Source: Pseudomonas sp. (GTDB lineage: Bacteria > Pseudomonadota > Gammaproteobacteria > Pseudomonadales > Pseudomonadaceae). Taken from it: 64,000 nucleotides of DNA. Under the pieces are notes generated by a model. The model saw nothing but the letters and a program-made list of their open reading frames with translations, did no database searches and was not told where the DNA came from. A program made the translations under genes and the position numbers. Shown here piece after piece: positions 58,774 through 64,000 of this stretch; positions within the stretch are counted from its first letter, which is position 1; each line of letters opens with the position of its first letter. The stretch covers positions 25,721 to 89,720 of the forward strand of contig NZ_JASLGE010000074.1 in assembly GCF_030150285.1 (NCBI RefSeq). The letters are read 5' to 3'.

Positions 58774-59052
58774 CAAACGAAGCGTTGAGCGTCGACCATC
58801 GCGGCAAGTTCATCAGCAACACACCGTTGCTGATGAGCCAGGACGAATTACGCGGGGTAGTCGCGCAGCGGCATGCCAACTCGCACAAATAGAGGTTGGT
58901 GTGGGTGTCGTGGGCGGGATACTGAATGGGTGGAGTGCGTATATGGCAGTGCAGTTGGTAGAACTGCTTGGAACTAATCTGTCGAGTTTATTTGAATCTA
59001 TGGCGGTGCAGGATGCTGCACTAGTAAAACTGACAGGCATAGAAATGGGGGG
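58774..59052 (+). repeat. Third copy of the effector segment, fused to a copy of the effector 3' end
   Basis: Near-identical to 57496-57692, then ACTAATCTGTC...TTTATTTGAATCTATGGCGGTGCAGGATGCTGCACTAGTAAAACT.ACAGGCATAGAAATGGGGG matching about 56379-56458. Confidence 0.9.
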
Positions 59053-59453
59053 ATTGCCAAGCGACGGTTAACAAGGCCAGAAAAATAGTACTCTTCAGAA
59101 TTGAACATGGAAAAATACGTTATGGAAAGTGCACCCCTATTCCTTATGTTCCTGGTTGTATTTCACCCGGTTTATAGTGTTGTATAAAGTAGAGGTGGGA
59201 GTGGGTCGAGTAAGTGGTTCACTATTGGGTAAGTCCATGTATGTCACGGCTTTTAGCGGCGGCATGTTCAAACTGTGTGGCAACGGCATGAAGCAGCGGC
59301 TACGTCAGCTACCTGATGTGGCCCAGGCCAATACCTACTCAATAGTTAGGGGGGATGTACGAATGCTCGCGTGTAACTGGCATCAATTTGATCAAAAACA
59401 GAGCGTCGCTTGTTTTAAGCGATGCTCTGTTTGTATTTGATGGTGGCGTTGGT

Positions 59454-59636
59454 TTAAAGAATGCGCCCGCCGCCCAATGAGTCTATGCAGCATGCGTACT
59501 TGTCGTCTGTGAGGGTAGTGTTGATAACCTCTTTCAGTTTCTTGGGTGGGGCGTCATTTGCATGGGCTTGGGCTATTGCAGTTGAGGCCCAGAGAGTGAG
59601 TGCTACAATAATGGCTTTGTTATTGGATTTATTCAT
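59454..59636 (-). CDS. Small secreted peptide (60 aa)
   Basis: AAGGA RBS; Sec signal peptide ending AHA; vicinal CC near the C-terminus. Confidence 0.5.
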   Translation of the reverse strand: MNKSNNKAIIVALTLWASTAIAQAHANDAPPKKLKEVINTTLTDDKYACCIDSLGGGRIL

Positions 59637-59968
59637 GAGTGCGAGTCCTTATGGGTTTTTCGCATTGGGTGGTATTTATTGATGGAGCTGAATTAGGTTA
59701 TCTGTTTTTTTAATGCGTTGGGTGTTTGAATGGCAGCGTGGAAAGAAGGATGAGGCGTAGATTGATGTAGGAGTTTATTCTTTGATTTAGCATGACACTT
59801 TTGGGGGTGTTTGAATGTTTGTTGTTCTTTATAGCGGCAGTGGTGTGTTATCAGCCTTAAAGCGAAAGGTATCATGTCGGACGCAGTCTCGCTAAACCCG
59901 GCCACGGCTACGGGTTTTCCGTAGCTGCTGCCGAACTGCATCTGTGGGCGTTGAGGGTTGGTTATGCC

Positions 59969-60760
59969 TTAGCTGCTCGTCGACAGTGCTTGCGAGCGTT
60001 GATAGGCCGCCTGGGTGGCGGCTTCGATCAAGCGCCGAAGTCTCTGGTCCTGTTCGAAGACGGCAATGGCTGCTGCAGTTGTGCCGTTAGGTGAGGTGAC
60101 GGCGAGGCGCAGATCGACCATGTTTGCGTCAGCCTGGGTCTGCTGGCGAGCGGCACCCAGTGCGGTCTGGCTGGCCAGATGTTGCGCCAGTGCAGGGTCC
60201 AGGCCAAGCAGCACGCCGGCCTGGGCCAGGGCCTCGCTGAACAGGTGGTAGTAGGCCGGGCCGCTGCCCGAAATCGCAGTGACGGCATCGAGCAGGCTTT
60301 CCTGCTCAAGCCAGTAGCTGCGGCCTACGCTGTCGAATAGCTGGCTGACCAGGGCACGGTGTGTGTCATCGAGCCTCGCGTCTGCGTAAAGCCCCGTGCA
60401 GCCAGCATTGACCAGCACCGGGGTGTTGGGCATGGCCCGGATTACCGGGCAGCGCCGGCCAAGTGCATGGTCCAGTGCCTCGCAGGTGATGCCGGCCGCC
60501 ACCGAAATGACCACCGCACCCTTGCAGACTGCATCGGGCAGGGACGCCGCGGCACTGCAGACCTTGTCGGGTTTGACCGCGATCACTATCAGGTCGAAGG
60601 ACTGTTCTGCCACCGCGTGCAGGTCTGCATACAGGGTTGCTCGAAGACCGGGCGGTTGATGTGGGTCGATGGCGCTGAGGGACGTCACCAGGCCACTTGC
60701 CTGCCAGGCTTCTCCGATGGCGCTACCCATGCGCCCGTAGCCAATAAAAAGCACGTTCAT
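59969..60760 (-). CDS. proC: Pyrroline-5-carboxylate reductase
   Basis: FIGYGRMG, IAVKP, RAMPNTP, TAISGSGPAY, VTSPNGTT; ATG 60760 with GGAGA RBS. Confidence 0.92.
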   Translation of the reverse strand: MNVLFIGYGRMGSAIGEAWQASGLVTSLSAIDPHQPPGLRATLYADLHAVAEQSFDLIVIAVKPDKVCSAAASLPDAVCKGAVVISVAAGITCEALDHALGRRCPVIRAMPNTPVLVNAGCTGLYADARLDDTHRALVSQLFDSVGRSYWLEQESLLDAVTAISGSGPAYYHLFSEALAQAGVLLGLDPALAQHLASQTALGAARQQTQADANMVDLRLAVTSPNGTTAAAIAVFEQDQRLRRLIEAATQAAYQRSQALSTSS

Positions 60761-60966
60761 GTTGTTTCTCCCGTTAAGCCTTGGGGCGTGTGTGAGGCTC
60801 TGTTCGAAATGTATCTGCGCTCGGCGATGCCGCGTTGAACACAGGCTCGGAATGCTTATTAAGACCACGTAAGGTCATGCGCGGCCAGGTTGTTGCAAAC
60901 CTGTTTTGCCTCGCCTGACCGTCGCTCTAACACAGGTCGTACAGCCCTTGGAAAGATGCATTGTGC

Positions 60967-62118
60967 TTACGAGTTCAGGAAACCTGAGCGCCTGCAATCG
61001 CTCACCGAGTGAGTGCCTGACATCCTTAAGGTGAGGTCCATTTCTTCTTTCAGCATCTGCATGATGGCGTTTGCACCTGCCTGGTCAGCGGCTGCCAACC
61101 CCCATAAAGGCAAGCGCCCGACCATGACCGCATCCGCGCCCAGCGCGAGATATTTCAGGATGTCGCTGCCGCGCGTCACGCCGCTGTCGGCAATGATCTG
61201 CATATCGCCGCGCACCTGTTGTGCGATGGCCGCGAGTACGTCTATGGGGGCCGGAGCACTGTCGAGGTTGCGCCCGCCATGTGCAGACACGACGATAGCG
61301 TCTGCGCCTTCATCCCGGGCGATCAGCGCGTCGGCGGTGCTTAGCACGCCCTTGATGATGATTCGCCCATGCCACCATTGGCGTATTTGCCGGATATCTT
61401 TCCAGCTCAGGCAATTGTCCAGTTTCACCGCATCGTGGACCGTTTGTTGGGTGACAGTGCTTCGAAACGCTTCGGGGTAGTGCCCATAGGAAGGCATACC
61501 GGATGACAGCGTATGCCGCAGCCAGACCGACACCAGCCATGAGGGATGGCGCAGTACATCCAGCGTCAGCCCGAGTGTCGGTTTCAACGGGATGGAAAAG
61601 CCGTTTCTGACGTTGTATTCGCGCTTTGGACTGGCGGGCGTGTCGGCGGTAATGACCAGGCACTCCACCTGTGCTGCCTGGGCGCGATCCAGCAATTGGC
61701 GGGTGAGGTTGCGGTCCTTCCAGGCGTAGAGCTGAAACCACAACAGGGCATCGGGTACGTGTTGCCTGATTTCCTCAATCGTAGTGACCGATTGGGTCGA
61801 CACACAAAAAGGGATGCCCGCATCCCGAGCAGTTTTCGCCAGTTTGATTTCACCCTGATAGGCCACCATTCCGGCCAGCGCCGTGGGTGCAATGATCACC
61901 GGCATATTGAGTGCTTGACCCAATAAACGGGTGCTGAGATCAGGGCAATCGACGCCAGTCAGTATTGAGGGCGTCAGGGTGATGCGATCCAGACTTGAGC
62001 GGATGCGCGAAAGCGCCCGTTCATCCTCGCAGCCTCGATCGATATATTGAAATAACGCGTTTGGCAAATAGCGCCTGGCGCGGGCCCTGTAATCAAAGAA
62101 GTTCAATAGAGATGACAT
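60967..62118 (-). CDS. FMN-dependent alpha-hydroxy acid oxidase/dehydrogenase
   Basis: WFQLY, IIKGV, VSAHGGRNLD, DSGVTRGSDILK. Confidence 0.92.
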   Translation of the reverse strand: MSSLLNFFDYRARARRYLPNALFQYIDRGCEDERALSRIRSSLDRITLTPSILTGVDCPDLSTRLLGQALNMPVIIAPTALAGMVAYQGEIKLAKTARDAGIPFCVSTQSVTTIEEIRQHVPDALLWFQLYAWKDRNLTRQLLDRAQAAQVECLVITADTPASPKREYNVRNGFSIPLKPTLGLTLDVLRHPSWLVSVWLRHTLSSGMPSYGHYPEAFRSTVTQQTVHDAVKLDNCLSWKDIRQIRQWWHGRIIIKGVLSTADALIARDEGADAIVVSAHGGRNLDSAPAPIDVLAAIAQQVRGDMQIIADSGVTRGSDILKYLALGADAVMVGRLPLWGLAAADQAGANAIMQMLKEEMDLTLRMSGTHSVSDCRRSGFLNS

Positions 62119-62221
62119 AAGCCCTCATTTCGGCATCAAGGTCAATGCAACACGGACGGTTAAGTCCTTGTTGCATGTTTAAACCCTGGCAAGAGGTAGG
62201 TGGTGATAACTATTATTTTAT

Positions 62222-63052
62222 TTAAGAAAAGAACTTCTTGGCAGAGATTGAAGTGGCTGCCACTTGTACATGGTGCGTGAGTTCTTCTTCGACGCGTTCT
62301 TTTGTCCAGCGCGTAGTCGGCACCGCAATGGTGATCGCTGCCACAGCATGTCCATGTTCATCCAGAATGGCCGAGGCCACGGCGATGTCGCCCAGAACGG
62401 TTTCATTGGCAATAATGGAATAGCCTGTTTCTGCGGCGCGCTGTAGGCGCTCACGCAATAAACCTTTATCCGTAACGGTATAAGGCGTCATTGCCCGACA
62501 GTGGGTGGCCTCAATGGCGGCTTCTTGTTCTTCGGCGCTGCAATGGGACAGGATGGCGGTGCCCGAGGCTGTGAATACGGCGGGCAAGCGGCTGCCGACC
62601 ATAATGTCGACATTGATCAAGTGCCGGCCAGGATAACGGCCAACGTAGACGACTTCGTGCCCGTCGAGTTCTTGCAAGTTGGTGGTTTCGCCGAGGTTGC
62701 TGCTCAGGTCGACCAAGTAAGGGGCGGCTTTGTGCAGTAACTCATGGGCGCATAGAAAGTTATAGGAAAACTGCAGCACCTTGGATGTCAGTGCGTAATC
62801 TCGCGTGTTATGTACACGGCGAAGATAACCCAATGCTTCCAATGTAAATACCAGGCGTTGAGCGGCACTTCGGTCCAGCCCGGACAGTTTTGCAATTTCA
62901 GAAAGTGGCATCTGTCGTTTGGGGTTGTCAAACGCATGAAGTATTTGGAAGGTCTTTTCAGTTGACCCGACATACAATGACGAGTTGCGAGGATCCCCGG
63001 CCTCTTTTATATCAGTTTTTTTTGTGGCTTTTGCAGGGCGAGAGATCGGCAT
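62222..63052 (-). CDS. IclR-family transcriptional regulator
   Basis: N-terminal wHTH (LSEIAKLSGLDRSAAQRLVFTL); GSRLPAVFTASG effector domain. Confidence 0.92.
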   Translation of the reverse strand: MPISRPAKATKKTDIKEAGDPRNSSLYVGSTEKTFQILHAFDNPKRQMPLSEIAKLSGLDRSAAQRLVFTLEALGYLRRVHNTRDYALTSKVLQFSYNFLCAHELLHKAAPYLVDLSSNLGETTNLQELDGHEVVYVGRYPGRHLINVDIMVGSRLPAVFTASGTAILSHCSAEEQEAAIEATHCRAMTPYTVTDKGLLRERLQRAAETGYSIIANETVLGDIAVASAILDEHGHAVAAITIAVPTTRWTKERVEEELTHHVQVAATSISAKKFFS

Positions 63053-63146
63053 TATCTGAAAGGTCCATAAAATGTTATGTAGTTATAGTGTGGCATTCGC
63101 CCGTGCCCTTGCATAGCGTCGGGGCACGGGAGAAACACCGCTTATG

Positions 63147-64000
63147 TTAACGGTTGGCCGGCACCTGCTCGTACATATCCAGAAGTTTGCTGTATTCGGC
63201 TCTCAGCGCATTTCGCAGTTCTTCTTTGGGTTGTCGCAGGGGGGCCAGAAGGGCAGGCGCATTGACGCCGATCAAGTCCATCACCGACTTCATCGGTCCT
63301 GGGTTGGTCTCAGAGAACGCCAGGCTCATCAGCGGGATCAATTGCCGGTGCAACGCCAATGCCTCACTGGTTTTGCCGGCGGTGGCCAGGTCGAACACCT
63401 TTCGCCAGGTTTTGGGCAGCAGGTTGGCGGTCACCACAATGCCTCCTGTGGCACCTGCCGCGACCTGTAGCGGAAAGAGCGTGTCTTCGCCGCTGAGTAC
63501 GGCGAACGAGCTGTCCACGCCAGCCATGACCCTCAGGTAGTGATACATGTCGGTATTGCAGGCTTTCATGCCGATGATGCGTTCGTGCCTGGACAGTTCG
63601 TGAAGTACCTCGGGATCAATCGAGATTCGCGTGCGATATGGGATCTCGTAAATGAGGATTGGCAACGGTGACTCGTCGGCGTAGCGCAGGAAATAATCGC
63701 GGATGCCCATCTGGGTCGGGTTGGTGTAGTAGGGCGTGATCACCAGCAGGCCGTCGGCCCCCGCTTTGGCAAAGTCTTCGGCAGCGGTCATCGCATCGTG
63801 GTAACCGGTGTCCAGCACCCCGGAAATCACGGGCATGCGCTGATCGGCAAGCTTGGCGCACAGCTCAACGAAACGCACCCGTTCATGCCTGGACAAGGCT
63901 CCGTACTCGCCGGTGCCGCCCAGTGGCACAACGCCGTCTACGCCTTGCCCAGTCAACCAGGTGAACAGCGCCTGGGTCGCGTTGACGTCAATCGTGTCAT
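63147..64000 (-). CDS. DHDPS/class I aldolase family protein, 5' end outside the window
   Basis: LGGTGEY, ITPYY, LIYEIPYRT, IIGMK, SGED, ETNPGPMK. Confidence 0.9.
   Translation of the reverse strand, partial: DTIDVNATQALFTWLTGQGVDGVVPLGGTGEYGALSRHERVRFVELCAKLADQRMPVISGVLDTGYHDAMTAAEDFAKAGADGLLVITPYYTNPTQMGIRDYFLRYADESPLPILIYEIPYRTRISIDPEVLHELSRHERIIGMKACNTDMYHYLRVMAGVDSSFAVLSGEDTLFPLQVAAGATGGIVVTANLLPKTWRKVFDLATAGKTSEALALHRQLIPLMSLAFSETNPGPMKSVMDLIGVNAPALLAPLRQPKEELRNALRAEYSKLLDMYEQVPANR

Noticed and set aside
57496..59052. CRISPR-like or IS-derived repeats
   Set aside because: The units are about 200 bp and match effector coding sequence; there are no short regularly spaced repeats, cas genes or transposase.
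59907..59925. Hairpin GCTACGG-gtttt-CCGTAGC downstream of proC
   Set aside because: Short stem with no U-tract on either strand; insufficient to call a terminator or ncRNA.

Overview
64 kb of gammaproteobacterial chromosome (the tRNA-Pro fragment looks Pseudomonas-like; inference), almost all accessory DNA, in four blocks. (1) 1-11907: right end of an integrative defence island. It holds a partial NucS-like nuclease, an unknown gene, a complete type I Zorya operon (zorABCD), another unknown gene and a P4-like tyrosine integrase, and ends at a duplicated 3' half of tRNA-Pro(GGG) (att). (2) about 11960-15780: collapsed remnant of an F-type conjugative element with intact parDE, a candidate entry-exclusion gene, and broken traG, S26 peptidase and trbI. 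(3) about 15800-59050: a complete T6SS of the Burkholderia/Acinetobacter-like (i4b) layout with TagX/TagY/TagM/TagF/TagN-like and TsmK-like accessories, two intact vgrG genes, one vgrG remnant and four effector-immunity modules. The modules are a DUF2515-like candidate effector with a membrane-anchored partner, a decaying PoNe/PoNi pair, a Tle1/DUF2235-like protein with both catalytic Ser and His substituted, and a BTH_I2691/VasX-like effector followed by immunity genes interleaved with repeats of the effector. (4) about 59950-64000: a catabolic cluster (proC-like, FMN alpha-hydroxy acid oxidase, IclR, DHDPS-family). The best candidates for undescribed biology are the vgrG-linked DUF2515-like effector/immunity pair, a 54-aa tail shared by two unrelated immunity proteins whose DNA brackets a toxin cassette, and the non-canonical Tle1-like protein. 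All family calls are from motif recognition only; no database searches were run.
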